A DNA stretch of 64,000 bases from Lingula anatina (lineage: Eukaryota; Animalia; Brachiopoda): assembly GCA_051362555.1 (NCBI GenBank), contig CM120640.1, positions 66,690,788 through 66,754,787 on the forward strand. Direction: 5' to 3'. Below, piece by piece: positions 1-14,600 of the stretch. Position 1 is the stretch's first letter, and each line of letters begins with the position of its first letter. The translations under genes were made by a program, and so were the position numbers. The notes under the pieces are model-generated. The model was not told the DNA's origin, searched no databases, and saw nothing but the letters and a program-made list of their open reading frames with translations.

Positions 1-345
1 AAGAAGGGATTTAAAACTGTCAAAGTCGTCTGCTTTTCTAATAAAATTTGGTAAGGCGTTCCATAATTTGGAGGCATAGATTATAAAAGCCCGATCTCCA
101 TAACTTTTGAGGCACCCCTTCTCTAAAATAGACTGTTCTAAAATAAGGTCATTCTCAGAATTAAAATGTGTGGACCGCCTTGGTCAGTTAAAACAGATAG
201 GATCAGATAAATATAATGGTCCTTGTGTATGTATCGCCTTAAAAATAATACAAATACAAGCAGCCAGTTTTATCCTTTCAGAATGGGAGTGATATGGTGT
301 GTACTATTGCACTTTATTTGACAAACCAGTCTTGCAGCTCAGTTT
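1..345 (-). mobile_element. Degenerate LINE (L2/CR1-type) ORF2 C-terminal fragment
   Basis: Minus-strand translation with a frameshift and a stop gives AARLVCQ...HHITPIL...IFKAIH...KSYGDRAFIIYASKLWNALPNFIRKADDFDSFKSLL. This matches the HITP.L and GDRAF....P.LWN.LP..IR......FK..L motifs at the end of L2/CR1 reverse transcriptase ORFs. Confidence 0.75.
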
Positions 346-1329
346 TTCTCGGAAAGATATAGCAGTACATTAGATTTTCAGTCACAAAAAATACTACATG
401 AGAAAACAAGTTAGCATTACTTTATAAGCCTTGATAATCATGCTATTTGTATTAAAGACTCACCTAATCAAGTCCTGCTTAGTATAATGCTCCCAAAGTT
501 TTGATATCATAAAGTCTGTGTTATCCATACATTTTTCTCATATTTCTTTACTGAAAACTAGCAGGTGACCTAACTTTACTCTTTACATTAAAATTGTAAA
601 TAGTAACTTAAATAGGGGAAATTATCATAATGATACTTTCTACCTGATTGTAACATGCCAAATTAGTCCTCAGTGTTGAGGCAGATGTTGGACTAGTCAA
701 AATGTATGATCATGCATGATTCTTGGGACAAAATGCATCAAATACTATCATGTTGAGGCACCCTTAACATTGATAACTGCTTTGCTTTGATATCACAACT
801 TCTAACAGTGTAGCTGGTTACCAATGGACTTTACCTACAACAAATATTCTTACAAATAAGTTGTATACCAAAAGAAAATTAGCAAAATTAATAAATTATG
901 AACATCTTAGGGCAAGGAGCATGAGGGAAAATATATATTGGTATTTTAAGTTTGTGACAAAAATGCTGAACACCATAACAAATATTCATATAATTTACTA
1001 CTATGTAGAGAAGATGCCTCATTTTCTTTCAAATAAGAAAGACTAAAAACATGTTTTAATTCACTGTGACTTGTTTAAAATATATTCATATACAATTAAA
1101 AGAATCAAATAAAAATGTTAACTAATCTGGGGTGGGCACTGCTAAATCCATGCACATTATAGATAGTAGTTTATGGATAAGGGAATTTTTTTCCTGGACA
1201 GTGGTAGAAGGTCCACAAGAGATTGAAACTGAAGCTGAGACTGGTAGGAGATATTTCTCAACTATTGGATGTCAACCAAAAGAATACCACCACATTGCTG
1301 TTATTGTATGACCTTGAAAGATTAACACC

Positions 1330-2340
1330 CATTGCCCCACTGTGAAAATTCATCATTTTAAAGTTTTTTTTAAAGATCACAAAAATATTTACCTGTGTGC
1401 TTTTGACTAAATCAAGTTATGTAGCAGGACACAAGTACAAAATTTGTATTTTAATCCATTTTTAAAGCAGAAATAGCGAAAAATGGAAAATTTGGTTGAC
1501 GCCATCTTGAATTGTGAATTTAAAAATTTGCATTTTTTTTTAATGTTTGAAAAAAGATTTTTTTATAATATTAACTCAAAACATTTACTTATAATGTATG
1601 ACAATATTAGGTGGGCTTGGCCAGTCTATGAAAAATGTATTTAAAAATGGCAAAATTTGGGCATTTTAGCTAAAATTTGAAATTTTGGAAATCTGCCATT
1701 TTTAGAGTTGTTTTTCTAAATTTTTAGGACTGTTTAAAATATTAAGTAATATGCATTTGACTAAATCAAGATATAATATTTAGCAGGATACTAAAATGAA
1801 ATGTGTGTTTTATCCATGCTTGTTTAGTTTAAAGCAGAAATAGGGACATTTTGCCATTTGATTGCCGCCATCTTGGATTAAGAATTTTAAAATTTGAATA
1901 ATTTTTTGAAAAATGTGTTTGAAAAAATGTATTTGAAATTTGCAAATTTGGGCATTTCAGCAAAAATTTGAATTTTTGAAAATTCCCCATTTTCAAAGTT
2001 ATTTTTCTAATTTTTAAAGGCCACCAAAAACATTTATTTATATGTTTTTAGTTCAAATAGGATATGATATTTAACAATGTCTGAAAATGAAAAATGTTTA
2101 TTTATCCACATTTATGGTTTTTTAGCTCAAATATAGCTGAAATTGAAATTTTGCAATCTGGATTCCGCCATCTTAGGTGAAAATTTTTAAGTGCTGTTAC
2201 CATGGCAACCGAGGGTGATTCAAACAAACCAATATCCATTATGTTGGTTTGGGGCTATAATGAACAAATACACCAATTTTCATCAAAATCTGAGAGGGTC
2301 ATGTGCCACCCTATTCTGAACCTTACAGAGACTGCTACTT
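1330..2340. repeat. Non-autonomous repeat with about 3 diverged 300-360 bp internal units (Helentron/HINE-like)
   Basis: Recurring blocks (tgactaaatcaag...agcagga...atccat...aaagcagaaatag...gccatctt) start near 1404, 1758 and 2050. A gttaccatggcaac palindrome follows near 2196. Superfamily and boundaries are inferred. Confidence 0.5.
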
Positions 2341-2647
2341 AATAATGTATTTGCTTGTCTTTTATTAGGTAATAAAACATAAGGGGAAATACTGGCACAC
2401 GTGTGCATTCACACACATACTTAAGTTATTATGCAGGGTATTTAGTATATCATGAAATGTTTAAATGTTGCATGCTTTGTATAAATATGTATTACTTATA
2501 AATTTATGTATGCTTGGTTACAAAATACATATATATTTTCTGATTCTGTGCAAATCTGTGAATATTTGGAAATGTTTATGCAAAATGATTTTATACACGT
2601 AAATATATGTGGGCAAACTTTTGTAGCTGCAATATTTGGTGCTCCAG

Positions 2648-5600
2648 GTATCTTGATTCAAACCAGATACAGTATGTTCCTGAAGCTGTGAAATATGCTA
2701 CAGTGCTGCCTTCTATATCCTTGCTTGATATGAACAGTAATAAGATTACCTTCTTGTTGTCTGGGACATTTTCTACTTTGACAACTCTAAGGACACTGTA
2801 AGTTGATTTTTATGTACAGACAAATGTGTCTGTATATATACATGTAGCTAGTGCTGTTACCAATAACTGATGTTGCCATTGTCTTCGTCGTTATCGCCAT
2901 CATTGCTGTTGCCATTCAATTTACAGGAGATAACATGATAAATGGAGAACTGTTTGACCTACGGTAAAGTCTTGAAAATTTCGTCCCTTAAAGATTAATT
3001 AATATTTTTAATTGTGTAAATCTGACAAATTTTTCAAAATTACCTCTCCCCGACTCCTGGGTATGACGAAATTTTCAAAAATCTGGCCTTTGGGCTTTTA
3101 TCCTTAGCGACTGTTATCTTTAACCCTCCTATATTGTGGGATATTTATTACTACTTCCTAAGTCATTTTCTGGTGGTAAATAATAATCAATTTAATAGTG
3201 CATCTCGATTAAGTTATACTTAACTTACTGTACCCGAAAACATGTTGAGAATAATCTTCTCGGTAAGAAACATACCTCCTAATAGAGGAGAAGGATCAAG
3301 ATAAGTTTTAATTTTTCTCATTCTGGCATTTTCATTGTATGAATTTGAACTCTTATGGGCCTGAAGTTTTATGCTAATTACATATTTTATAATGATAATA
3401 TTTTATATAAAAGATGAATCATTAATATAATTAGATGTAAACAATGCAATTATCCTTAATTTTTAGGGGGCTTGCTTCAAATGATATAATATCCATCGAA
3501 AATGGCACTTTTCCAATGACAATAAAATATCTGTAAGTAAAAATGTACATTAAGATAAATTTTAGCCATGTTTCATTCATTTTTGAGGGAAGATATCTTG
3601 AATTACTTCTTTTATGAAATTATGCATTAGTTTACTTAATTAATGGCAAGTGTACTATATATATATATATATATATATATAATGTAGACATATTACCAAC
3701 AACACTATTAAGATGTTCCACTTACGTAATGACAGTTCAGAGATACAGTACTTATATATGAACATATTATTTTGTGTGAATCTCATGATACATTCAATAG
3801 TGTTACCTGTGGATTCAAACTCTGTTTATATATGTTTCAGGTATTTACGGAACAATGACTTCCGCTTTCTCCATGAAAACCCATTCACCAATCTGGCCAA
3901 TCTGTCCACCCTTGACCTGCAATCAAATAGTATCCAGGTCATCCCAGAGACAGCTTTTGATGGCTGCTACAGTCTGAGAAACCTGTGAGTATGCAACCCA
4001 GGGCAATGTATGTCAAAGTCTGATGATGAAATATTATTATAAAAAAGTGGTAGTATCACAAAAAGGCACAGTTTTTAATAAGTAATGCAGGCTCGTAGGC
4101 AGGGTTTGGAGGGTTCGAACAAACCTCCCTTCCGCTGGACAAGGTCCGCTCTGGATAAAATTTGATCTAGGTTTCATTATTAAATTACTTTTTCAGAAAA
4201 ATCCCCCCCTTTAAATGGCTGGCTATAAGGGCCTGTTATGAAGGAGCAGGATATTTTCTATATTCATGGGTACAATTATGGTTTAAATTGAATTATTTTT
4301 GCACGGCAGGGTGATATGGGATAGTTAAATGAACTGATTTTAAAATGATACAAACTCTAGCTGATCCTCAATTTTGACATGCCCAGTTGTTCTACAAGCA
4401 CTTTTGTCTAACTTGCAAATCTTTTACTTCTGTTTTTGATGAAAATCAGAAGTCAGTTATCTATTATGAGCATAATGTATTATAATAATCATAATTTGTT
4501 ATTGCATTAAAACTGATGAAATAACCTATTTTGTCCATCATTATATTTTGCTTTTTGTCTGCACATTTGACAGCTTTGCTGCCTTGTTTAATGATGAAGT
4601 TGTCTTTGCAAATTTCAGTGACCTGGGATCAAACCAAATAGGACGGATATTGAAAACCCACCTAGAGGATAACCCACTGGATAGAAAGTTAGACTTGAGT
4701 AATAATGATATTGCTTACATAGAAGATGGAACACTTGCCCATGTGACCAGTATGAGCTATAGCCTGTATGTAGTAATTTAAAACTTTTGCTTTAAAACTC
4801 TTGCATAACTTCTTCTCATAAATATTTCTGGGTCCTGTTAACTGGAATTGCCATCAAAAGCTTTAATTTCCACATCACTTACGCATATAAGTGTAACAAA
4901 TTGGATCAACACTGAATCTGGGTTCCCTATAGTCAATTAATTCATGACTTCTTGAGATATCCTGATATCCATCAATTACTAAAATAGATAAAATATAAAT
5001 ACATAACACATTTACTGCATAGATGCATGCTGTATATTTATTTCAGTTATTTATTTGAATTTCAGAGACCTAAGCAACAATAAATTGACCAGTCTTCCCC
5101 ATGGGGGTGACTTTCATGACTTGACCATTGGTTTATACTTTAACCTTGACAACAACCGCATCACTTCCATACCAACAGGAATGTTTAAAAATTTGAGGGT
5201 GTCTTCATTTGACATGTAAGCACACGTTTACATGAATCAAAGTAATCTCTCTGTCTTTCTGCCTCTCTTACTTTCTCTCTGCATGTCCAGAGAAAAAAAT
5301 ATGGTCTTCTATTTGTCTACTGGGATTATATGAAAGCACACAACTTGTTACAGATATTACCTACGTACATAACTAGATAGTCAGATCATTCAGTGCTTTT
5401 CTGTTTTTCTAGGAATCTAAGAAATAATAAGATTGCCATAATTGAACAGGATGCCTTCTCCTCTGTGTCTGTTGGTCAAGATTTAATATTCAACAACAAC
5501 CCCCTGAAAATTATTAAAAGCTATGGATTTAATACTACATCATGCAGGGATTTTTTCATGAACAACGTAGGGTTAAAAACTGTTGAAACCAGGGCTTTTA

Positions 5601-8600
5601 TTGATGTCAGCACAAGCAGAGACTTTCAGCTTAATGACAACAGCCTCGGAGCACTACCATCTTATACCTTCAATGGATTATCTGTTGGAAGGGACATGTA
5701 AGTAACTATCATATTGTTTCTCTCAAGATAAAAAATTGATCCCATTGAATTCTTCAATGCACTACCTTTTCCATTATTTTGATTAGCATGCAATTTATTA
5801 ATCTGTTATACTCTAAGTCTGTGATTGTCCTTGCAAACCTATTTTAATAAAACATGTCAAAGATGAAGGAGCATTTGCAATATTTATGGAAGATATGTAG
5901 GTAATGTTTCTTTTATGTTGACATGTTTTAAATTGATGCTTCAGATAAATATTCAGAAATTGCATATGAAAAAAAATTGGGTGTTTTGTCTGGTGTTGAT
6001 CAAATAATTGCATCACATGCAGCATACATGTATCTGTATTCTTTGTGCATTTAACCTATTGTTTACTGCTTTTAGCCCTTAACAAGCAACGTCATCAACA
6101 GAGATCTGAAAAAAATTTACATTGCAGGTATCTTGATCAGAGTAGCATTACAGAACTTGGAAGTGAAGTGTTTGGTACAGGATCTTCTATATCAAACATT
6201 CTACACCTACAGAACAACCAACTGGTCCAACTGGCAGCAGACGTCTTCACTGGCATTACATTTACACGTCTGGATCTATCAGACAACCTTCTGGTGTCAT
6301 ACCCAGGGGCTGCTCTGTCAGCACTGACTTTGACAAAATTGTAAGTGGCTTCGATTTCAGAGCATTCAGCAGCAAGATCTCTACAATTTTTTGACTTAAT
6401 ACATTCAGTAAATAAGCCAACCTTAAGCTGAACAAGATGTGATTATGAGAAAAAAGGCTATCATAGTCTCTAAACTATTCTTGAAAAAAGTATGTTCCAG
6501 TCCATCATCTTGTTCGTTTCGTATGAGTGGTGATCCTGTGCCCAAATGTCACACCTGCTGGGAAACAGGGTTTTAACATTTAAAACTCATTACAATGAAC
6601 ATTTGAAATCTGACAACCCCATGGGCATCAGACAACATTCTAACATGTGACTTTGCTGTCAGACTAAAACTGTTATTTAAGATATTAACCCAAGTAAAAG
6701 GGTGGGGGAGTGGTAATATGAGCATAGCAAACATAATAAAGTATGAGAAATTAGCTGTTTACATCAGGCCCCCACGCCCCACACTCAATAGCAAACAAGG
6801 CAAACAACTTCCTAGTTAGGGTTAACCATTTCCTGGGTGTCATATGTAGGCACTATGGACGCATTCCCATAGATTTTAGGTCGATCTATCCCCGTGGGGA
6901 GTCTCACTAGATCACTGTCAGATAATCCGGCTTAAATGTCCGTCCCGCCTACTACAAGCTGTAAGGGGGTAATTAATTCTCGTGCCCGCTCGGTTGACAG
7001 CTATTTAGCGTGAACCCCCAGGGAGTTAGGTCGATCTAGTTGGATCGATCTAATTTCTGGGAATGGGGTTTATGTCACCATTCACTTGTTCCAAGGTTCA
7101 AAGATGGTGGGTCAATATTTAGCTCTCAAGTCACATATAACTTTGTTTTTATAAAGATGTGATATATGATCAATGTTGAGGGGTTTACTTTACCTTTATT
7201 CTTAAGCCTGTTTCACTTCTACAGCTAATTTAGTAGAACAAAAAAAAACTGATATAAGTTGAATGTGAGAGCTTGTCAAGAACTGCAATATTTACAGTAA
7301 TTGAAAATTGAACAAATTTTTTTTTTTTTTAGAGATATGCCAAGAAATCAGATCTCTGACATCCCAGATGGCTCCTTTGCAGGACAATCCAGTCTCACTT
7401 CATTGGATTTATCTGAGAATAGAATTGCAGTTTTGAGAGGCACAGTTTTATCACCTTTGACCAGTCTAGCTACACTGTGAGTATTCAGCAAATTGACATG
7501 AAAATTCACTGAACAAACTTCACTAGATGAATAGATAGTTTTCTGTAGTATTTAGAGTTCAAAGGTACATCACCTTTGTGATATGGGCGTACAGTGACAT
7601 CAGAAACAAGATTTCTATGATTTAAACAGTTCATGTCATAACTTTTGGTCCTCTCCATGTACATATTGGACAGCTCTCTAAGCTTTGGCATTATTATTTT
7701 TAGCAAACTTCAGAGAAATCTTATTGAGAGGATTGAGGATGGAGCCTTCAATGGTTTGAATTCACTGGCAACTTTAAGACTAGGTAACAACTTAATTCCC
7801 CACCTGCCCAGTTTTGATGGGCTGACCAGTCTGGCCACAGTGGACGTGTCTGATAACCAGATTAAGACACTAGGAATGGGTCAGAACGGAACCTTCTACC
7901 TACTTGTAGATCAAGCATTGAATACTGTGTAAGGACAAGTTTTTTTTATTCAAAGATTATCTTTTGAGAATCTTACTTGAAAAAAATAGCTACTTGTGCT
8001 GTAAATGCATTATTTGTGGCATTACATGTTTTGTTGTCAAATGTTCAGCTACCATGGCTATGGTATATAGAGGCTTCCTTGTAACACACAGTAGTTCTTC
8101 TATTGATATCCTTGTTTTAAATGCTGCTCCATTTAAACAAACCAGCAACAATCTAGATTAACAGCCATTGACTTTTCAGAGATTTGTCCAACAACCCACT
8201 ATCATGTGACTGCTATACTTACCACTCTCTGTCCATGGTTGCCAACAAGTTGACTTCAGCCAGGTGTGCCAGCCCTAATGAAACAATAGGATATGGGTTT
8301 GATTCAGCTGCATCTCTCCAGTACACAGATCTGAGTTTAGAGAATTATCAGTGTTGTAAGTATGTTTGACATATGTTTGTACAATGTTTCCCTGACCTAT
8401 GTGTTTAAAATGGTGCAGTGGCTAAAATAAGGTAATTGGGTTTTGAAAAAAAAAAGAGAATTTTGGCACTCCTTCCCACTCGCCATTTAATTTGTCTGAA
8501 AATTTTACCAGTTCGGGCATGTGAATGAAAGTAGATTTCAGTCAAGTTGCATTGTAGTTGGTCTGTTCATTTGACAACTTTACTGTCTAGTTTTTGTAAA

Positions 8601-11600
8601 GCAGCAATTTGTCAAGTTAACATGAAATGCGCCATTTCAGTGAATGGTAAACTATTAATCCCTGTCCACTGGAGGTCACTCTAACAACATGCATCTTATA
8701 TCAGCACTAAGGACAGTAGACAAGTAGACAATAGAATCAAGATTAGCCCCCTCTGGCCAGAAATCATTATTACAGTCTCTGTTGTCATCACTATATGACA
8801 TGTACTAGTTTTTTTGTTTTTTTTTGCCTACTTGCACATTTGGCAGACTACAGTACTTCAACATTCAGCGAAACTCAAAGAAGGATGTGCCACATATCCT
8901 GTAACAATTAACAACTGTAGTCTTCATTGCCCTTTTTTAGCTGCAGTCAATGTGACGGCCATTGCCCCTGCAGCTTATCAGATACAGGTGGACTGGAACC
9001 ACCCTCCCTTCCTGTACCCTGGCCAGGCAGCTGGGGACAGGAGCCAGTGGTAAGTTGACTGGGGTAGAGAGTTTATTGGAAAGGGGTGTAGGGGAGTGGT
9101 GATGTCAGCATAGCAGACATTTGTCTTTAAGACCAATATCATGCATTATTAAACTGAAACGTTTTTGCAATTTTTTCATCTATGCCGAGTAAGAGAATTT
9201 GATGATTTGGCTTGACTTGTTTGTACAAATATTTTTGTAAGATATGCATGATTAAGGCAATGACTTGTAAAAGTGAAATGGAAGGGGATAAAAGAGGTCA
9301 ATTAATTGGTTTTAGAATGTATACACAGAACATGGTTTGATATTGCCACACATTAAACATTATGTGCACTAATATACTTGTTTCCTGTACAAAACCATTA
9401 ACATTATTCCAGGCTTTATCTTGTCACCTGTGAGAGTGCCATAGCCAGCACTTTAAACAGCAGTGTGTCTGGCAGTTCCCCTCCCCAGGCCCTGTTTGTA
9501 GAGGCAGATGGTGTGCAACTGGGCACAGACTACATATGCCATGTTCAGTTACAGTATCAGGGGATTACAAGTGGCTTCAGTTCTCCTGCCTATGTCACCA
9601 CAACTCTTGCATCTCTAGGTGATCATCTTTATATACCTATATGTACATCTGAACAGGTTTCCAGAAATTGGAAATGTTCTTTAACTGAGTAGACCATTTT
9701 GTTATATTATTATTTTTATTGTGTTCTGTGAGGAAGGAATTAAATCGGTGACAAAATATAGACCTCAGATCTGTATTCAGATTATATTTATTTTGAAATT
9801 TCATGATAACATGCACATTTTTTGTGCCTCAGCATGTGAAATAGAGCAAACTGTTAGATGCATTAATGATGGTGGCTTATATCTCTGATGCCATAAATTT
9901 GTGTTTAATATCAGTTCTATATAGGTAACTTATTTTCAACTATGTATAATTTTCTAGGGGATTCTGGTGCCCAAGTTCAGGATTACATTGTCATCTCCAC
10001 ATACTATGACTTCAGCCTAGTGCACACTGATTTCACTGGCACAAGTACCACTGCTGTAACGCAGCCAAGATATGTTGCTAGTCCATATGGCGCCTGGCCG
10101 GCCATGTCCACCAATCCAACACTGGACACTTACTCAGACTGGTTCAGGAAGGTGGCCGGTACCAATGTTGAGGTCCATGTTAACATGACTCTGGCCAGTC
10201 AGGCTGGTGCTGCTGTACCCACTCACAGGTAATGGATGGACAGTGGTGATTTTTCTTTAATGTTTCTAACAGTTTTTAGTCTGACATATTTTAGTCTGCT
10301 GATTCATTGTGAGTTCATTTATGAAAAAGAACTGAAATTCAGATACATGTAACAATCTCTCTTTTAAAAAAAATGAACTTAAGGTTGAAAGTTTCATGTT
10401 GATCATCTTCATTACCACCCTAGTGAAATAAACAGTTTATAGCAATTACATGTATGCATCTTGGACCTAAATAGAGAAGGACAAGTAACGCGGCATCTTC
10501 CTTTGAAGCTATGTGCGTTCGGGTAAACATTCGCCTATTGTCTCACATAATCTGTTTTGATAGCTCCACGGGCGTCTGAACAGCTTATTATCAAGGTAGC
10601 GCGCGCTGTGCTTCAGTGCATTTCTATTGTTTCTCTGCATTGATAACGCAAATTCTCGCAGTCCCTCGTGGTTGCTATGATACAGCATTGCCGCCATCTT
10701 GCAGTTGCGAGCACACAGGTTTCCGTCAACACGTGGAAATTTATTGAGGGGTTTTCGGCATTTTCCCCGTTACCTCATAAAAACGGGGTGTGAAGTTTGT
10801 CTTCAATACCTGCTGTCTTTTTCTGCCCGTGAGGTAGTCTCTGACAGGACAGAAATACGCACCCAACGACCGGAAATCTCATTCCTACATGTACCAGTAG
10901 CTGTGACACCCCGGAAGATCAATCAAATTTACACAAGAACTGACTGCTGGTGAATCAGACAAATTAAAAATGGACCTTTTTAGCATGTTTGTGAAATTAT
11001 ATATTACCATTAGGGGCCACTCATTTCGCAGACAGCTTAAAGAAAAGTACCAAGAATCTGTGTCTGCATCTACGAAAGAAAAAGGATTGAGAAAGTCTCT
11101 CAAAAGGAAGAGTAGAATTACAGCTTGAATTATTACCTAGATTTTCAACAAACAGACAGTATGATCTTGTGCATTTATAACATTTGGGTTTTTTCACTTA
11201 GCAATTAAGATCTTAATTAGAAATTTCATCTAGGTTTACATTAATTTTAATTAGTTATTTAAAAGTCAGATTTGTTGTATTAGTTTGGTAGAAAATAATA
11301 CACCAGGTACCAAAATATGGCTTTCTGTTTTCAGTAACTGAAAAGCAGTCATAATTCAAGAACTTACTATAAGTATTCATAATATTTGGTTTTTCAGTCA
11401 GCAACTATCTTTCATTTATATTTCGTTTTATTTTTCATTAAAAGTTACCCGTTTACAATATGAGATTAATTTCACCAATACTGATCTTATGGTAATAAAA
11501 AATGCATATATTTGACATAAAAAATCTTCTTTTTATTTCTTTTCACTTCCTTTTTTTTTTACACACCTTAATATATTATGATAATAAAAGATTTGACAAA

Positions 11601-14600
11601 TAAGACGCATATCACTGCAAGACGGTCAAAGTAAAATGTGAGTATGAATTTTATCAGGATCAGATTTTTTAAACCTGTAGTTAGTGTATTCTGAGGTAAT
11701 TGAATATGCAATTTCAATCAAGCAAGAAAAAACTGTCTAAACATATAATCCATGTTTTTTACATTTCTTTTTTTCCATTATAAGATAGCAAATATAAAAC
11801 AACTTGAGTACATTCCAATATTTATTATTAAAAAAGTAAACATTAAAAATGCTTGTTACAAAGCTAGTGATGATGAATATACAATACATGTGCAGTTTTC
11901 TTGTCTTGTCTCTTTTTGTGAAAGTCATGTTGGAGCTCTTTCCTATTTGTATCACGAGTAGTATTAACTTATTTATAAAAGGTATAAACTAATTTCTTAT
12001 TGACCTATGTGAATTATTGTCCAAATGTTTAATTAGTGCGTCTCCTCTTGGGCAATGGTGCATTGTCCAATTTTAACTTTCCGGCATCTTGTGGAGAGAA
12101 TCTGGAAGAGAATAAGAATGTTTTTATCACAAACTACTATAAATGACAATTGCCTTTTTTATTTCTACTTGGACATTTGAGCCACAGGTAAGCCTTATCA
12201 AATGCATCTCAAGATTCTACCTGTCAGGTAGATTTTCCCTCTAGTTAAATTTACTTCCCTTGTAAGGCATGGATTTTCTAGATCATTATCAGCCAGGTAA
12301 CTACACCGTCAGACCCTTTGATGATTTGATAAAGCCAGCTAGGTGTTATCCAAAGGCATGTCTCAGGATTATTTCAAAGATTTCAAGCACCTGATAACAA
12401 GATAATGCAATGTAGCAAGGCAATTTCAGAGGTGAGACTCTTATCACAAATGTGATCAAGATCTACTTTTATGACCATTACCCAAGTAAATATAATCATG
12501 CACTTTGCATGTGTACATGTCCACATATACACTTTCACTATAAGACCAATGAGGGTGTTTGTCAGTCGTCTTTATTCTGTTTAGGGAATCCAATTTAAAA
12601 ATGAAAAACTATTAATTATCATTCTCAAACTGGAGCAGACTTTAGCCGGTCATGTGAATATACATATATACTTCAGAGTAGTGTTAATGTCAACTTTGAT
12701 AAAAGGATATTAAAAGGCCCACAGGTGCGTTTTTGTATGTCGCAATTGCATGGGTGGTGCCATATTGCAATGATAGCCCATATTAAGAGTTAAAAAAATA
12801 ATAATTATCATTCTCAAACCGGAGCTGACTGGAGCCGGTAATGTGTAAATATATATATACTTTAAAGCACTGTTAATGTCAACTTTGATAAAAGGATATT
12901 AAAAGGATCACAGGTGCGTTTTTGTGTGTCACAATTGCATGTGTGGTGCCATATTGCAATGATAGCCCATATTGAGAGTTAGAAAAATAATAATTATCAT
13001 TCTCAGACCGGAGCTGACTGTAGCCGGTAATGTGTAAATATATATATACTTTAAAGCAGTGTTAATGTCAACTTTGATAAAAGGATATTAAAAGGATCAC
13101 AGGTGCGTTTTTGTGTGTCACAATTGCATGTGTGGTGTCATGTTGCAACGAGAGCCCATATTTAGAGTTAGAAAAATAATAATTATCATTCTCAGACCGG
13201 AGCTGACTGTAGCCGGTAATGTGTAAATATATATATACTTCAGAGCAGTGTTAATGTCAACTTTGATAAAAGGATATTAAAAGGATCACAGGTGCGTTTT
13301 TGTGTGTCACAATTGCATGTGTGCTGTCATGTTGCAACGAGAGCCCATATTAACAGTTAAAAATATTAATTATCATTCAATAATTCGGGCTCACTTAAGC
13401 AAGTAACATAAACCTATACATATAGTACACAGCGGTGTTGATGCCACCTTTATCTAAACCGTAGGTAAAAAAATACCAGACCTAAAACGATGTCGGCGAG
13501 TCGAATAAATCGGAGAGGAATTGCGTCATTTTAATTCAAAACACGATTTGAGGTTAAATTATTGCCGCATCTAAGGCTAATCCTTTACATAGAGGTAAAA
13601 TTTCGAGACTAGAAATATTTTTCTATCGGATCATAGCTAAAGACAAGTATTCGACACTGCAGTTGTACAATTTTAAACACTCATTTTACGGCAACAAACA
13701 CGATTGCCTTCACCATATTGGGCATTTTGAATTCCTCCATGAACAAACATACCTTATTCTCATCTAGCATCCAAAATAGCAAAAGAAATTGTACTTACAT
13801 TTTATCTCTATAAGTGTCTTGACTCATCCACCCGAACGTTTTCCTCGCGTTATCACCAGCTACCTGTCCAAATGACACAAAAAGTCATCAACAGCCGCGA
13901 TATGCTCGCTACCTGTACGGGAGGTCACGTGATCCGAACGCACATCGTTTCGCGAAGAGCTCGCGCTAAGCCGATTATCCTTTGATCTTTCTCCGCGTTA
14001 CTTGTCCTTCTCTAGTTAGGTCCATGTATGCATCAAATCTGCTGTAAATTTGCAAGAAGGATAGATTTCTGTCAATCACCTTTATAACCACACTCATCAT
14101 GTCTATTTATAGCACACTTTGTTCAATTCCCTTTAAAGCTTTGTGAAATATTCATTGATTTCTAGGTTCCACTCCTCTGCCTTCTACCCTCTAGATGGTG
14201 TTGGATATGGAGCAGAGGGACAGAGAGACTGCAACAATGTGCTCCATAATTTTGGGTAGGCCTGAATTTTCTAATGACCACACCTCAAAAGTTAAACCAA
14301 ATATTGAAAGCTGTCTGGAAAAGAAAAGATATTTTAAACAATGTCAGTCTGTATTTTGTAATCTATTTTCTACTTTGGTTTTTAGGGTACCATTGAACCT
14401 GTTAAAATGTTTAGATTTCATCATCTAGGTGCGTGTCTTTAGATATCTTTGTAAAGGTTGCAACATGTGCTTCCACAATATGATGACTGTTTTTCCTTGC
14501 AGTTTCACTACAGCCATCAGGGCAGGGTTTGAGTTCACAGGAGAGGAAACTTTCACCATAGCTGGTGGGGAAGATATCTGGCTGTACCTTAATAAAGTAC

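Noticed and set aside
1200-1243. Possible upstream mega-TSP exon
   Set aside because: It has AG/GT borders but no LRR or signal-peptide character, so it cannot be tied to the gene.
2972-3080. Short inverted repeat ttgaaaatttcgtc / gacgaaattttcaa
   Set aside because: Probably a decayed MITE, but no boundaries or TSD could be defined.
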